DNA from: Candidatus Kuenenia stuttgartensis
GTDB taxonomy: Bacteria; Planctomycetota; Brocadiia; Brocadiales; Brocadiaceae
Length of the DNA stretch: 32,000 nucleotides
Assembly (NCBI RefSeq): GCF_900232105.1
Contig: NZ_LT934425.1
Location: 240,001-272,000 of the forward strand
Direction: 5' to 3'
Shown piece by piece: positions 15,657-25,894 of this stretch. The stretch's first letter is position 1. Each line of letters opens with the position of its first letter. The notes under the pieces were generated by a model that saw only the letters and a program-made list of their open reading frames with translations, was not told where the DNA came from and did no database searches. The position numbers and the translations under genes were made by a program.

Positions 15657-17066
15657 TCATAATTGTCTCAGGAAGGCAACGAGGTCATTTTTCTCTTCCA
15701 CATTCAGGTTTGTTTCTAACACAAGGTTAAAAAATTCCACAGTATCTTCCAGCGTCAACAATCTCCCGTCGTGCAGATAAGGGGGCGAATCTTTAATTCC
15801 CCTGAGAGGGAATGTCTTGATAGGCCCTTCTGCGCGGATATACTGACCATTGATCACCTGCGGCTTGTAGAATCTCTCAACCTGAAGATCGTGCATAAGG
15901 TTATCGGTGTAATATGGTGCAGGGTGACATTTAAAGCATTTTCCTTTGCTGAAAAATATTGCCTGTCCCCTTATTTCAGAATCGGTAGCCTTTTTTGTAT
16001 CTAGGCGGCCAAAAATATCAAGTTTTGGCGCTGGAGGAAAATCCAGAAGCGACTGAAACTCTGCCATGAAATGTACCTGGCTGCCGCGTTCAAGAATATT
16101 TGTACCTTTCTTTATTGCCGTCAGAATATCTCCGTCAAAATATGCGGCTCGCTGCTCAAACTCAGTGAAATCCTCTATGGATTTTAATGCGCGTTGCGAC
16201 CCGAAAAGCCGCTGAATATTAACCCCACGTAACGTTGGGGTATCGAGGCGATTTCTATGAGATTGCGGACGGATATCTCCCACCAGATGCGTGGCTGCCG
16301 ATGTGTGGCCATTCAGGTGACAATCAAAACAGGTTACTCCCTGACTGGGCTTTTCACTCTTCCTGTCAGCAGTTGCATTAAACTGCTGCTGAGGAAACTG
16401 TGTTACCAAAAGCCGCAGGCCCTCAAGTTGTTTAGGATTTAAAAGACCATTAAACAATTCATAATAGTTTTCCAAAGTCACCACTTTCCCCTGAGACACA
16501 TCTCCTTTATCCTTATGAGTAGTAAGAAAAATGGCAGGCGGAAATTCTGGCAAAAAATACTCCGGTATGTCAAAATCCAGATCAAAGCGCTTCAGCCGTG
16601 GGAATTTTTCCACCTGTATTTGAGAAAACAACATCCCGCCGGTGGCATGGTTTGGATGGGGCAGAGGAAGATACGGAAATACATTTTTTTCTTTTATATC
16701 TTCCGGCGTCATAGTTGACAGTTTTTCCCATGACATTCCATCTTTCAACCGCGCAGTGGGCCCTACCGGCAAAGGTTTTCCACGTGACATGGTGACGTCG
16801 TTCGTTACTTTCATGGAGAGATCATAGCGTTCATTAAGCAAATCCATATGGCGTTTCATAATGCCGTCCTTCTTTGCTTTATCATGTTCAATAGCCTTAT
16901 CAATCGGTTCTTCTATGACTGAAGAATAGCTAGATTCCCTACTTTCCTGTTTTATAATTGGCTTGTCAGAAATCGCGCCTTCCTGTGCATGGGAAAACTT
17001 CAATCCTGCACAAAATAATATAGTAATAGTCAAAAGTCTTATGCCGTATTTCCTTTCAATAACCAT
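15657..17066 (-). CDS. Di-heme cytochrome c peroxidase/MauG-like protein
   Basis: Two CXXCH motifs ('VTCFDCHLNGHTSAATH', 'KGKCFKCHPAPYYTDNLMHDL') and 'FKTFPLRGIKDSPPYLHDGRLLTLEDTVEFFN'-like C-terminus. Confidence 0.85.
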   Translation of the reverse strand: MVIERKYGIRLLTITILFCAGLKFSHAQEGAISDKPIIKQESRESSYSSVIEEPIDKAIEHDKAKKDGIMKRHMDLLNERYDLSMKVTNDVTMSRGKPLPVGPTARLKDGMSWEKLSTMTPEDIKEKNVFPYLPLPHPNHATGGMLFSQIQVEKFPRLKRFDLDFDIPEYFLPEFPPAIFLTTHKDKGDVSQGKVVTLENYYELFNGLLNPKQLEGLRLLVTQFPQQQFNATADRKSEKPSQGVTCFDCHLNGHTSAATHLVGDIRPQSHRNRLDTPTLRGVNIQRLFGSQRALKSIEDFTEFEQRAAYFDGDILTAIKKGTNILERGSQVHFMAEFQSLLDFPPAPKLDIFGRLDTKKATDSEIRGQAIFFSKGKCFKCHPAPYYTDNLMHDLQVERFYKPQVINGQYIRAEGPIKTFPLRGIKDSPPYLHDGRLLTLEDTVEFFNLVLETNLNVEEKNDLVAFLRQL

Positions 17067-17069
17067 ACC

Positions 17070-17825
17070 CTACCTCCTCCTTTTAAGTTCAAAATTAACG
17101 TTTACCGTCTTTCCCTCTTCCACCACAACCTCTTTGGACAAAGACATAAGCCTTTCGTGCCAGGTTTTTAGCACATATTTACCAGGTGGAACACCTTCAA
17201 TACTATAATTTCCTGCATCGTCGGTAACTGCAAAATACGGATTCTCAAATGAAACGACAAATCCGGACATTTCTGCATGTACATTGCAAAGCAGCGGGGT
17301 TTCTCCCACAACATCGAATAAGACTTCTTTCACAACGCCGGCGGGATAGGTGCCAAGGTTAAATTGCATTGCAGCAGTTGGGGGAGAGAAAACATTGTGT
17401 CGTACAGCATCACTATTCGGAAAGTCAACAACGGTGCCTTTTTGTATTGCTATTACATGCGGAACATAGGTTAAATTCAATTGGTCTACTACCGCATGTT
17501 CTTTTGGCGGATCAAATACGTTATCTCCAACTTTTTCAATAAACACAATAGCATCGGCATTTGTCCTTGATCTCGCACAGGTAACAACCCCTTTAATGGT
17601 TCCCGCATTCTCGATTTCCGGAACATTTTTAACCGCTTTTTTTAACTCCAATTGTGCGGCGCTAAGTTTCTTCTGTAGCGCTGCCGCTTCTTCAGCGCTT
17701 AAAGTCTCTCCCTCCTCTGCGTATACCAACGGCACTGCATTAAGCGTAAATACAATGAAAAACAAGACAAAAAAGTTCATCACATTTTTTTTCATTTGTA
17801 CTTTTCTCTCTTTTGCAAAAAACAT
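17070..17825 (-). CDS. Cupredoxin/plastocyanin-like secreted protein with a C-terminal carboxypeptidase-regulatory-like region
   Basis: 'AIQKGTVVDFPNSDAVRHNVFSP...GTYPAGVVKEVLFDVVGETPLLCNVHAEMSGFVV' (H...C..H type-1 copper pattern), then 'NYSIEGVPPGKYVLKTWHERL'. Confidence 0.82.
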   Translation of the reverse strand: MFFAKERKVQMKKNVMNFFVLFFIVFTLNAVPLVYAEEGETLSAEEAAALQKKLSAAQLELKKAVKNVPEIENAGTIKGVVTCARSRTNADAIVFIEKVGDNVFDPPKEHAVVDQLNLTYVPHVIAIQKGTVVDFPNSDAVRHNVFSPPTAAMQFNLGTYPAGVVKEVLFDVVGETPLLCNVHAEMSGFVVSFENPYFAVTDDAGNYSIEGVPPGKYVLKTWHERLMSLSKEVVVEEGKTVNVNFELKRRR

Positions 17826-17841
17826 TTAATAATTAACCTTA

Positions 17842-18210
17842 TTAAATACGCCCCCCATTTTCCCCCAGGATTCCTCTTATCGTATTTTTTAATTCTTTAA
17901 GATCAGATGATTTTGTTAGGTATGCATCGGCCGGCCATGACAAAAAACTTGCCTTATAACAACTATATGCCGTGTTGATAATGACTGGTATTTTTCTATG
18001 CTCGCTTAAAATTTTCCCCATAGACTCAAGTCCATCCATCTTAGGCATAACAATATCCATTACTATTATATCCGGTAAATAATCATCTACCATTTTTATG
18101 CAATCTGTTCCATCCCCTGCGGTTACAACATTATACCCTTCCCTTTCCAATTCCTGTTTGTACCATAAGCGTTGATTTTTATCATCTTCTACGACTAGAA
18201 TAGTTTTCAT
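17842..18210 (-). CDS. Response regulator receiver-only protein
   Basis: 'ILVVEDDKNQRLWYKQELEREGYNVVTAGDG..CIKMVDDYLPDIIVMDIVMPKMDGLESMG...YLTKSSDLKELKNTI'. Confidence 0.9.
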   Translation of the reverse strand: MKTILVVEDDKNQRLWYKQELEREGYNVVTAGDGTDCIKMVDDYLPDIIVMDIVMPKMDGLESMGKILSEHRKIPVIINTAYSCYKASFLSWPADAYLTKSSDLKELKNTIRGILGENGGRI

Positions 18211-18367
18211 ACGTCCCTCCTTTGTAAATCACTTTCAATCACCATATTTACAGATACAAAAAACAATTTGGCTTTAGGACGGTTATTATTTTTCTTTTTT
18301 TATCTACCAGAAAATATCTCTTTCCCGCATGCTACACTATTAATTTATATTTACCAATACCCTAAAA

Positions 18368-18393
18368 TGGGTACACCCGTTCTAGTGTACCCA
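18368..18393. promoter_or_regulatory. Perfect 9-bp inverted repeat (hairpin or operator-like)
   Basis: TGGGTACAC (18368-18376) / GTGTACCCA (18385-18393), 8-nt spacer. Intergenic, upstream of the receiver-only gene. Confidence 0.4.
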
Positions 18394-18574
18394 AAAGTAT
18401 GTACCACGATAGAAACACCTTTATTTAGCGTATAGAGCCGCCATGATTCCCTCTTCACAACTTCTTTCATAGCCCTTCTTTTGCGGGAAATACCTGCGGG
18501 TATGATTTATAAATACATTTTTTCAAACGAATATTTATAACATTTATTTGTGTGTTCATTCCATTTTCTAATTG

Positions 18575-18621
18575 AAAACCACACCATCTCCATCTTCTCA
18601 GTTCAGCGGTTTAGTGGTTTT
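18575..18621. terminator. Possible terminator-like inverted repeat near the 3' end of pckA
   Basis: AAAACCAC (18575-18582) / GTGGTTTT (18614-18621) followed by T residues on +. The loop is long, so support is weak. Confidence 0.3.
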
Positions 18622-18658
18622 TTTATCCTGAGAAATAGTATAACACCAATTGCTTTCT

Positions 18659-20329
18659 CTATATTGTCTCTACCGCTTTAACAATTTCTTTATTTAATTT
18701 GTCAAACCCTTTAATGTATTCAATCCGCTCACGCCTCAAATCAGACACCTGTTGCGCAATACTTGTCTCATTGTAAAATTTCTCAACCCTATAATTGGAA
18801 ATGTCCATACCTTCAACGTATGCAGGCGACGCGAAATTCCAATGCCTGTCATTTTCCCATTTAATTGTTCCGCGAACAATGCCCCGGATTATCGCTGACA
18901 TTTCTACAATCTCTACACGCTTCACCTTGCGCTTTGTTACCTTCTTTCCATCCGGCAGTTTTTCAATAATCTCCCCTACTCCACCTGTATTTAACTGGTA
19001 ACATTGCACCTTACCTTCATTTCGCTTTACAAAATCATAAAACCAGTTTCCATCATAGGATTTATCTCCTATGATAAATGGATTTGTTCCAACGGAACGG
19101 ACAGACTCCCCCGCTCGTTTCGGGTCGCCAGCGGACGTTTCAATCGATTCTCCAAGCATGAATACTGCTCCTGCCTGTTCCGGAGTAAGTTTCGCCGCTA
19201 AAGGAACAACCGTATGGCGGCGTGTAATGAATGCAACAATTAATCCATCCATTTCGTCAATAGCCGGTAAATCAATACTCTCTGAAATATACGGATGTAA
19301 ATCACTCCGGAGCATAATCCCACGACCGTTACTCGTTAGTGTATAGTCATCGAAAAAAACATTTCCTTCATAATCAACCATGACATTTTCAAAGATGGCA
19401 TTCCGTGATATTGAGGCCTTGTAGATAATTGGTTGAGAGACAGCGTCTAATCCTTCCGTCTTTAAATAAAACCCGCGTTCTGAGCCATAAGCAGAGCCGT
19501 CTTTTTTGAGAAATACCACATCATCCTGTAATATTTCAATACCCTCTCCCTCATCGCTCAAATCATGTGTATGGCATGTATGGGTTGTTTTGCCCGTACC
19601 GCTCAACCCCAAAATAAGCATCCCGTATTTTTTTATGCCGCCATCAATTCCCCTTGCTTTTATAATCTTAGCGCCGGCATGGAGACCAAGCATCCCCCTT
19701 TGTTTAGCATTCCACATAGCCATTCTCAGGAACCCTTTTTTGGATTCGCCGTAATAATCCGTCCCCAGGACAACCGTAGTGCTTATTTCAGGAAAGACTA
19801 CTATTTGCCTGGCACTCTCCTGCCACTCTGGGATATATATTATATATTGTTTCGGCTCTGTTTCCTGCTTTGGCGGGAAGAGAGCGGCCCATGCCATGTA
19901 TGCCAGGCGGATCATTTCCGGACGTTGTATGGAGACAAAAATAGTACAATTCGGCGAGAATTCACGATTGTCACCCATATTCCGGTTAATCCTGACAAAT
20001 GGCGCTTTTCTTATATATAATTCAACAGAATCCAATGTTTTTGCGAGATTATTCACTATTTCTGTTTGTAGGGGATGAAGAGACGTTTGACATACTTCAG
20101 GACTTCCTATGCACACGGTTAATTTAGCGCTGCGATTCTTTACGGTAGAATGGACTGCAATATTTCCAAATTGTGTAAACAAAGCGTGCCTTTCTGCATT
20201 ACGCCGCAATGTCCAATCAGTGGAATTAATTACATTTGGTGCTTCTTTTAAATATTGTACTATCCTGTTTATTGACTGAATCTCGTTTTCGAACGATGTG
20301 GTTGAAATCATTTTCTCTCCTTTCTTCAT
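18659..20329 (-). CDS. pckA: Phosphoenolpyruvate carboxykinase (ATP)
   Basis: 'LILGLSGTGKTTHTCHTHDL', 'LQDDVVFLKKDGSAYGSERGFYLKTEGL', 'ENVMVDYEGNVFFDDYTLTSNGRG', 'GLIVAFITRRHTVVPLAAKLTPEQAGAVFMLGESIETSAG'. Confidence 0.88.
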   Translation of the reverse strand: MKKGEKMISTTSFENEIQSINRIVQYLKEAPNVINSTDWTLRRNAERHALFTQFGNIAVHSTVKNRSAKLTVCIGSPEVCQTSLHPLQTEIVNNLAKTLDSVELYIRKAPFVRINRNMGDNREFSPNCTIFVSIQRPEMIRLAYMAWAALFPPKQETEPKQYIIYIPEWQESARQIVVFPEISTTVVLGTDYYGESKKGFLRMAMWNAKQRGMLGLHAGAKIIKARGIDGGIKKYGMLILGLSGTGKTTHTCHTHDLSDEGEGIEILQDDVVFLKKDGSAYGSERGFYLKTEGLDAVSQPIIYKASISRNAIFENVMVDYEGNVFFDDYTLTSNGRGIMLRSDLHPYISESIDLPAIDEMDGLIVAFITRRHTVVPLAAKLTPEQAGAVFMLGESIETSAGDPKRAGESVRSVGTNPFIIGDKSYDGNWFYDFVKRNEGKVQCYQLNTGGVGEIIEKLPDGKKVTKRKVKRVEIVEMSAIIRGIVRGTIKWENDRHWNFASPAYVEGMDISNYRVEKFYNETSIAQQVSDLRRERIEYIKGFDKLNKEIVKAVETI

Positions 20330-20507
20330 GTATGATTCTTAAAACAGACTTTTACACAATGGACCATCAATAACCAAACCCGCCTCATTATAATAAACAC
20401 ATATAATAGGCAAACAGCAAAATACTTTAAATAATAATTGCCATTCATGCCTCTGGATTTTAGAATGAGGCTTGTAAAATATCCGCATACATTCAGCTTA
20501 AGCCAAC

Positions 20508-21101
20508 ATGGAAAAAATAAAGTTGCAGGCGTTATCAGCTCTCATATCCCGATACGTAGACAGAAAAAGGCTCATCCGGGAAAATCCACATATCACAAAT
20601 GAAATGATTGATATTTTTTTTCAAAAGGGCTCAGGGGACAGTGAAGCGGGAACATCCATTGCCTCATCCCCTCATTCTTTATCACCAAATAAGAAATTTC
20701 ATACATTAGTTATTCATACAGACGGCGCTTCGCGTGGAAATCCGGGAAAGGCGGGAGCTGGCATTGCAATTTTTGATGGCAATTATCATCTTGTTGAAGA
20801 AATCGGTAAATTTTTAGGAGAAGCCACCAACAATGTAGCGGAATATGAAGCCATGATTCTTGCCGCCCAAAAAGCCGTCTCTTACTATCCCGGCAAAGTA
20901 GTTTTCAAAACTGACAGCGAACTGCTGGTACGGCAGGTAAAGGGCATCTATCGGGTAAAAAATCCTACGCTGATATCTCTCCATAAAAAACTCATGACTC
21001 TTTTTAAAACGCTGCCATTGTGGGAAATATCTCATGTTCCCAGAGAAGAAAATTCTCTTGCAGATACCATTGCCAACAGAGCGATTGACTCCGCATCATA
21101 A
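20508..21101 (+). CDS. Ribonuclease HI-like protein with an N-terminal extension
   Basis: 'LVIHTDGASRGNPGKAGAGIAIFDG', 'GEATNNVAEYEAMILA', 'VVFKTDSELLVRQVKGIYRVKNP', 'VPREENSLADTIANRAID'. Confidence 0.92.
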   Translation: MEKIKLQALSALISRYVDRKRLIRENPHITNEMIDIFFQKGSGDSEAGTSIASSPHSLSPNKKFHTLVIHTDGASRGNPGKAGAGIAIFDGNYHLVEEIGKFLGEATNNVAEYEAMILAAQKAVSYYPGKVVFKTDSELLVRQVKGIYRVKNPTLISLHKKLMTLFKTLPLWEISHVPREENSLADTIANRAIDSAS

Positions 21102-21179
21102 AGTGCGTTAAATTAATAATTGAATAATAGTTACCTGTGTGATATAGTTACCTCGAAAAGTTCACCTTTTAGCACAAAC

Positions 21180-21899
21180 ATGTCAAATCCAACTGTTAAC
21201 GATAACAACCATACGCTATTACAAGCTATAAATATATACAAAGAATACAAAAGCGGTGAACAAATATTACCCGTCTTGCGAGAAATATCCCTGTCGGTTG
21301 AAAAGGGTGAAATTGTTGTAATCGTAGGTGCTTCAGGCGCCGGGAAAAGCACATTATTACATATCCTAGGGGCTTTGGATACACCGACTTCCGGCTCTTT
21401 ACTTTACAAAGGGAATGATGTATCCCGGTTAAGTCCGTCAAAACAAGCTGAATTGCGCAACCGCGTTTTTGGTTTCGTTTTCCAGTTTTATCATCTTCTG
21501 CCTGATTTTACTGCATTGGAAAATGTTTTGCTACCCTGTTTTATAGGAAAACAATTTTCAAAAAATGCGCCGTCAAAGGAGAATTTTCATAATCGGGCAG
21601 TTTCTCTCTTGGAAAGGGTAGGGCTTGGTGGTCGATTAACACACAAGCCGCATAAATTGTCCGGAGGAGAAAAACAACGGGTAGCAATTGTACGGGCACT
21701 TATCAATCAACCTGAATTGTTATTATGCGATGAACCTACGGGAAATCTTGACACACAAACGGGCGATGGAATCAGAGACATGATATGGGGATTGAACAAA
21801 ACCATGCATCAAACAGTTGTCATTGTTACGCACGATCAAGGCATGGCAGACCAGGCAGACCGGGTTATTAAAATAACAGACGGCCGCATTATCTATTAA
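21180..21899 (+). CDS. lolD: ABC transporter ATP-binding protein, LolD/MacB type
   Basis: Walker A 'GASGAGKSTLLHILGALDTPTSG', signature 'KLSGGEKQRVAIVRAL', Walker B 'LLLCDEPTGNLD', H-loop 'VIVTHD'. Start chosen at MSNPTV. Confidence 0.92.
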   Translation: MSNPTVNDNNHTLLQAINIYKEYKSGEQILPVLREISLSVEKGEIVVIVGASGAGKSTLLHILGALDTPTSGSLLYKGNDVSRLSPSKQAELRNRVFGFVFQFYHLLPDFTALENVLLPCFIGKQFSKNAPSKENFHNRAVSLLERVGLGGRLTHKPHKLSGGEKQRVAIVRALINQPELLLCDEPTGNLDTQTGDGIRDMIWGLNKTMHQTVVIVTHDQGMADQADRVIKITDGRIIY

Positions 21900-21906
21900 A
21901 CAGCAT

Positions 21907-22788
21907 GTGAAAGGAGTAAACAAAACTACAATGGGATTAAAGGTTTATATAAGCGGTAAATTATTTCCAAAAGAAGACGCCAAAATATCCGTATTTGACC
22001 ATGGACTTCTTTATGGCGATGGTGTTTTTGAAGGCATACGTGTTTACAATCAAAATATATTTGCGCTGGATGAACATATTGACAGACTTTACAATTCTGC
22101 CAGAGCCATTGACCTTACCATACCCATAACAAAACCGGAAATGGTAAAAGCAATAAAAGATACTTTAGAAGCAAATAAACAAACTGATGCTTACATAAGA
22201 ATTGTTGTTACCCGCGGTACCGGAAAACTTGGCCTTGATCCCAATAAGTGTTCCACTCCGGAAATTATTATCATTACAGATATGATAGAATTATACCCTA
22301 AAGCCCTTTATGAAAACGGACTGGAAATAGTTACGGTAACTACCATAAGGAACCATTACTCTTCCCTGGACCCAAAAATCAAGTCTCTTAATTATCTGAA
22401 TAATATCCTGGCGAAAATTGAATCGATACGGTCAAACGCAGGCGAGGCATTGATGCTCAACAAAGATGGTTATGTGGCAGAATGTTCCGGGGATAATATT
22501 TTCATTTTTAAAAATGACACGCTTCTCACTCCTCCGGAAAGTGCCAGCATATTAATTGGCATTACAAGAAACTGCGTCATGAAACTCGCAAAAGATATGG
22601 GAATTACCGTAAGAGAGGAATTAATGACGCGATATGATTTGTACTTTGCAGATGAATGTTTTTTAACAGGAACTGCCGCGGAAATTATACCGGTAGTAAA
22701 AATCGACGGGCGAACGATAGGCACGGGCAAACCTGGAAAAATCACTCTCGACCTATTGGCACGTTATCGCCTGCTAACGACAAAATAA
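21907..22788 (+). CDS. ilvE: Branched-chain amino acid aminotransferase-like protein (class IV)
   Basis: 'DHGLLYGDGVFEGIRVYNQNIFALDEHIDRL', 'IKSLNYLNNILAKIES..AGEALMLNKDGYVAECSGDNIF', 'ADECFLTGTAAEIIPV'. Confidence 0.93.
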   Translation: MKGVNKTTMGLKVYISGKLFPKEDAKISVFDHGLLYGDGVFEGIRVYNQNIFALDEHIDRLYNSARAIDLTIPITKPEMVKAIKDTLEANKQTDAYIRIVVTRGTGKLGLDPNKCSTPEIIIITDMIELYPKALYENGLEIVTVTTIRNHYSSLDPKIKSLNYLNNILAKIESIRSNAGEALMLNKDGYVAECSGDNIFIFKNDTLLTPPESASILIGITRNCVMKLAKDMGITVREELMTRYDLYFADECFLTGTAAEIIPVVKIDGRTIGTGKPGKITLDLLARYRLLTTK

Positions 22789-22789
22789 C

Positions 22790-23269
22790 CTATTGCCCTG
22801 ATTTTTTATGCTTTGAAGGAGAAAATGAGGCGAAGACCATTAGCGAAATACCTACACAAATCAAGCCATCCGCTACGTTGAAGGTGGGCCAATGATATTT
22901 TTCGCCCAAGTGCAAATCAATAAAATCCCTCACGCATTTAAACCATATCCTATCCCACAAATTTCCAATAGCACCCGCCAGAATAAGCCCTAAAGCAACG
23001 TTCGAACTAAAGATATTTTTATCTGATTTAATATAAATAAATAAAATTGCCGCAATAGCCAGAAGAGAAAGTAAGATAAATATATTGGCTTTCCCGGGAA
23101 ACATCCCAAAGACTATCCCTTTGTTTTCGCTTTGTATTATATTTAGAAACCCGGGAATGATCGTTATTTTTTTAAACCGGTCTGGCTGAGAAAAAACATA
23201 CCATTTTGAAACAATATCAGCAAAAATGCCACTTACAATAGTAATGACAAACGAAATTTTTTTCTTCAT
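22790..23269 (-). CDS. lspA: Lipoprotein signal peptidase
   Basis: 'ALGLILAGAIGNLWDRIWFKCVRDFIDLHLGEKYHWPTFNVADGLICVG'; catalytic aspartate contexts present. Confidence 0.93.
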   Translation of the reverse strand: MKKKISFVITIVSGIFADIVSKWYVFSQPDRFKKITIIPGFLNIIQSENKGIVFGMFPGKANIFILLSLLAIAAILFIYIKSDKNIFSSNVALGLILAGAIGNLWDRIWFKCVRDFIDLHLGEKYHWPTFNVADGLICVGISLMVFASFSPSKHKKSGQ

Positions 23270-23275
23270 AGCTGA

Positions 23276-23698
23276 TTAGATGTTGCCAAGTTCTTCTTCC
23301 CTTTGACAATTTACGCAAAGACTTGCATAAGGGACCGCTTTCAATCGTTCCCTGTTAATTTTCTTCTCGCATGCTTCACATATGCCAAAGGTGCCTTCTT
23401 CTATCCTTTCCAATGCATCATCTATGCTTCGCACGCTATCTTCTCCGCTCTGCATAAGCTCAATCATCAGCTCCCGCTCATAGTTGTCTGTACCAACATC
23501 TGCCATATGGATAGGAACGTTTGATAAATCCCCCGATGCATCTTGTCTTGATTTTTTCAATGTCTCTTCCTGCATGTAATCAACCTTTCCAACCAATTTT
23601 TCCCTTAGCGAAAGGAGCAGCTTCCTGTAAGGTGCGTATTCATCCTTCATTTCTTTCTCCATAAAATTAATTTGGCAGAGAACTATTCCACAAACCAT
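23276..23698 (-). CDS. DksA/TraR-family zinc-finger protein
   Basis: 'DNYERELMIELMQSGEDSVRSIDDALERIEEGTFGICEACEKKINRERLKAVPYASLCVNCQREEE'. Confidence 0.9.
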   Translation of the reverse strand: MVCGIVLCQINFMEKEMKDEYAPYRKLLLSLREKLVGKVDYMQEETLKKSRQDASGDLSNVPIHMADVGTDNYERELMIELMQSGEDSVRSIDDALERIEEGTFGICEACEKKINRERLKAVPYASLCVNCQREEELGNI

Positions 23699-23958
23699 AG
23701 CACACTATACTTGCAAGTAAATATTTGGGAAGTTTAGCACATATTAGTAATTAGTCAATGAAATTCTAATGCCGTTTTTATGCACTTTTGATATAGTTGT
23801 GAGTAATATTGCGTAATGTTGTTTAGTGTTGTTTCACCAGTGTTTTCACCTGTTTGCTATCTAAACTTGTTATAGTGTTTCTTTGTCTGCGTCGGTGTGT
23901 TTTTGTGATTGGGTATGAAGCTGATACGACATAAAAACAGTGTACAGGGGTTATTGCA

Positions 23959-24903
23959 TTACCCACCTTTTTTCAAGCCAAACGATGCAATACGTTCTTC
24001 CCGCTCTTTCTTCATCTGTTCCGCACATTCCTTCAGTGCATCTTCTACCGGCTTGGGAGCATGTCCGGTAATTTCTTTAAATCGATTGTTTGAATAGACT
24101 GAATCATTTATAAGACTTTCTGCTAACGCCCTCGCAATAGAATTTGGGACGCCTGTTACAAACTCTACCCAGAGAGACGATAACGAAATAGCAAAAAATG
24201 GCACGGGTAAAATGACATTTGCATAACCATGTATCGATTTTCCGCAAAGGGACAACAAGTCACGATAATGCATTATATCCGATCCTATTTCAAAGATTTC
24301 ATGTCCTTTTATATCCCTTTTAATCGACTTCTCAAGCACTTCAACGGCATCTTCAAGCGCAATGGGGGCGCACAGTGAATTCAGCCACTTTGGCGTTATC
24401 ATTATGGGGAGACGCTTCGCAAGGTAATATACCATCCTGTACGAGGCGCTGCAGGTACCCAGCAGGACGCTTGCACGGACTTCACCCACACTTATCCCGT
24501 GTGCTGCAAGCGCTTCCCCTGTTTCCCTCCTGCTCTTCAAATGGTGCGAAAGTTTTTCATGCTTTGGAATAATACCGCTTAAATATATAATCTTTTTTAT
24601 CTCTGTTTTAGACGCCGCTTCCCCCGTTTTTTGAGCATACATTTTATCAAGAGACTCAAATCCGGAAGATTTTAGAGAATGTACCAAATATACCAGAACT
24701 TCAGCGCCTTGAAGAAAATCCCTAATACTTTCAGGATATTCCAGATTCACCGTCCTCCACGTCAATCTCTCAGAAACCAAACCGTTGACGGTCTTGTTTT
24801 CGGATCTGCATGCGGCAATTATATTATGATCATTGGCGGTAATAAGTTTTTTTATGAGGCTATGCCCAACACAACCTGTCGCTCCAAGAATTGCTACTTG
24901 CAT
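23959..24903 (-). CDS. NAD(P)-binding SDR/NmrA-like protein
   Basis: 'MQVAILGATGCVGHSLIKKL', 'ADVLVYLVHSLKSSGF', 'KIIYLSGIIP'. Long Rossmann-fold ORF. Confidence 0.8.
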   Translation of the reverse strand: MQVAILGATGCVGHSLIKKLITANDHNIIAACRSENKTVNGLVSERLTWRTVNLEYPESIRDFLQGAEVLVYLVHSLKSSGFESLDKMYAQKTGEAASKTEIKKIIYLSGIIPKHEKLSHHLKSRRETGEALAAHGISVGEVRASVLLGTCSASYRMVYYLAKRLPIMITPKWLNSLCAPIALEDAVEVLEKSIKRDIKGHEIFEIGSDIMHYRDLLSLCGKSIHGYANVILPVPFFAISLSSLWVEFVTGVPNSIARALAESLINDSVYSNNRFKEITGHAPKPVEDALKECAEQMKKEREERIASFGLKKGG

Positions 24904-24999
24904 AGCATTTATTTAAATAAAGGTGTATAAAGTTGATTATGTGATATTTTACAAAAAAGGCCTGACTACACGTCTCGAAAAATAACTGCCTGTATCCTT

Positions 25000-25734
25000 T
25001 TATTCTTCACTGGTTTGTAAAGGTTTATCCTCACCATCTATACCACCCACCAGTTTATTAAAATATCCTGGCGCCTTTGTTTCAAAAGTAATCGGCTTTC
25101 CGCTGAACGGGTGTTTGAAAGATATCGAATACGCATGGAGCGCTAACCGTTTGTAAGCCCCTTTTTCTTTTCCATACTTTTTATCGCCCACAATCGGGTA
25201 TCCCTGTTCGGTAAGATGTACCCGTATCTGATTCTTTCTGCCGGTCAAAAGTTTAATTTCCAACAAACTGAAGTATTTGGTTTCTTTAAGAACCCTATAC
25301 ACAGTATGGGACAATTTCCCTTTTTTTGTGTCAGACGTGGAATACACAACCTGAGCTTTATTCTCCGCCAGGTATGTGCTGATAGTTCCTGCTTTCTTTG
25401 CAAGTCTGCCATGAACTACCGTCAGATATTTCTTCTCCGTATTCTGCCATTGGCTCTGCAAATTAAGCTTTGACCTTATATTCTTTGCAAAAAGAAGCAG
25501 TCCTGAAGCATCACGATCAAGGCGGTGAATAATAAAAACGTGTTTTCTGGATTTAACGCATCCCTTACGCACATAATCATTGAGCATGTAATAAGCGGTT
25601 TTTGTCTTATTTGTATCCGTACCCATGGTTAAAAGACCTGCCGGTTTATCTATCACCAGTATGTCTTCGTCTTCATAAAGTATTGCCAATCCTCTTGGAT
25701 GATATCTTTTGGAAAAATGTTTCTTTTTAGGCAT
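25000..25734 (-). CDS. RluA-family RNA pseudouridine synthase
   Basis: 'ILYEDEDILVIDKPAGLLTMG', 'VFIIHRLDRDASGLLLFAKN', 'IKLLTGRKNQIRVHLTEQGYPIVGDKKYG'. Confidence 0.93.
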   Translation of the reverse strand: MPKKKHFSKRYHPRGLAILYEDEDILVIDKPAGLLTMGTDTNKTKTAYYMLNDYVRKGCVKSRKHVFIIHRLDRDASGLLLFAKNIRSKLNLQSQWQNTEKKYLTVVHGRLAKKAGTISTYLAENKAQVVYSTSDTKKGKLSHTVYRVLKETKYFSLLEIKLLTGRKNQIRVHLTEQGYPIVGDKKYGKEKGAYKRLALHAYSISFKHPFSGKPITFETKAPGYFNKLVGGIDGEDKPLQTSEE

Positions 25735-25894
25735 ATTGCATAGTTTAATAAATATTCTTCATTGAGAAAAAACTATCTGCGATGTTGTCCCATAATAGTT
25801 TGTTTCCATGTCATATAAAAATATAAGAATTTTTTAATCTGTGGTTCCTCTTTAGTATATCATGTTTGTTTGGTTCTGGTTTGTCCAGCTTAGG

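Noticed and set aside
23700-23958. Possible regulatory RNA in the gap between the DksA-like gene and the SDR gene
   Set aside because: The sequence is AT-rich with some repeated 'GTTTCACC/TTTTCACC' words, but I could not find a convincing stem or conserved block.
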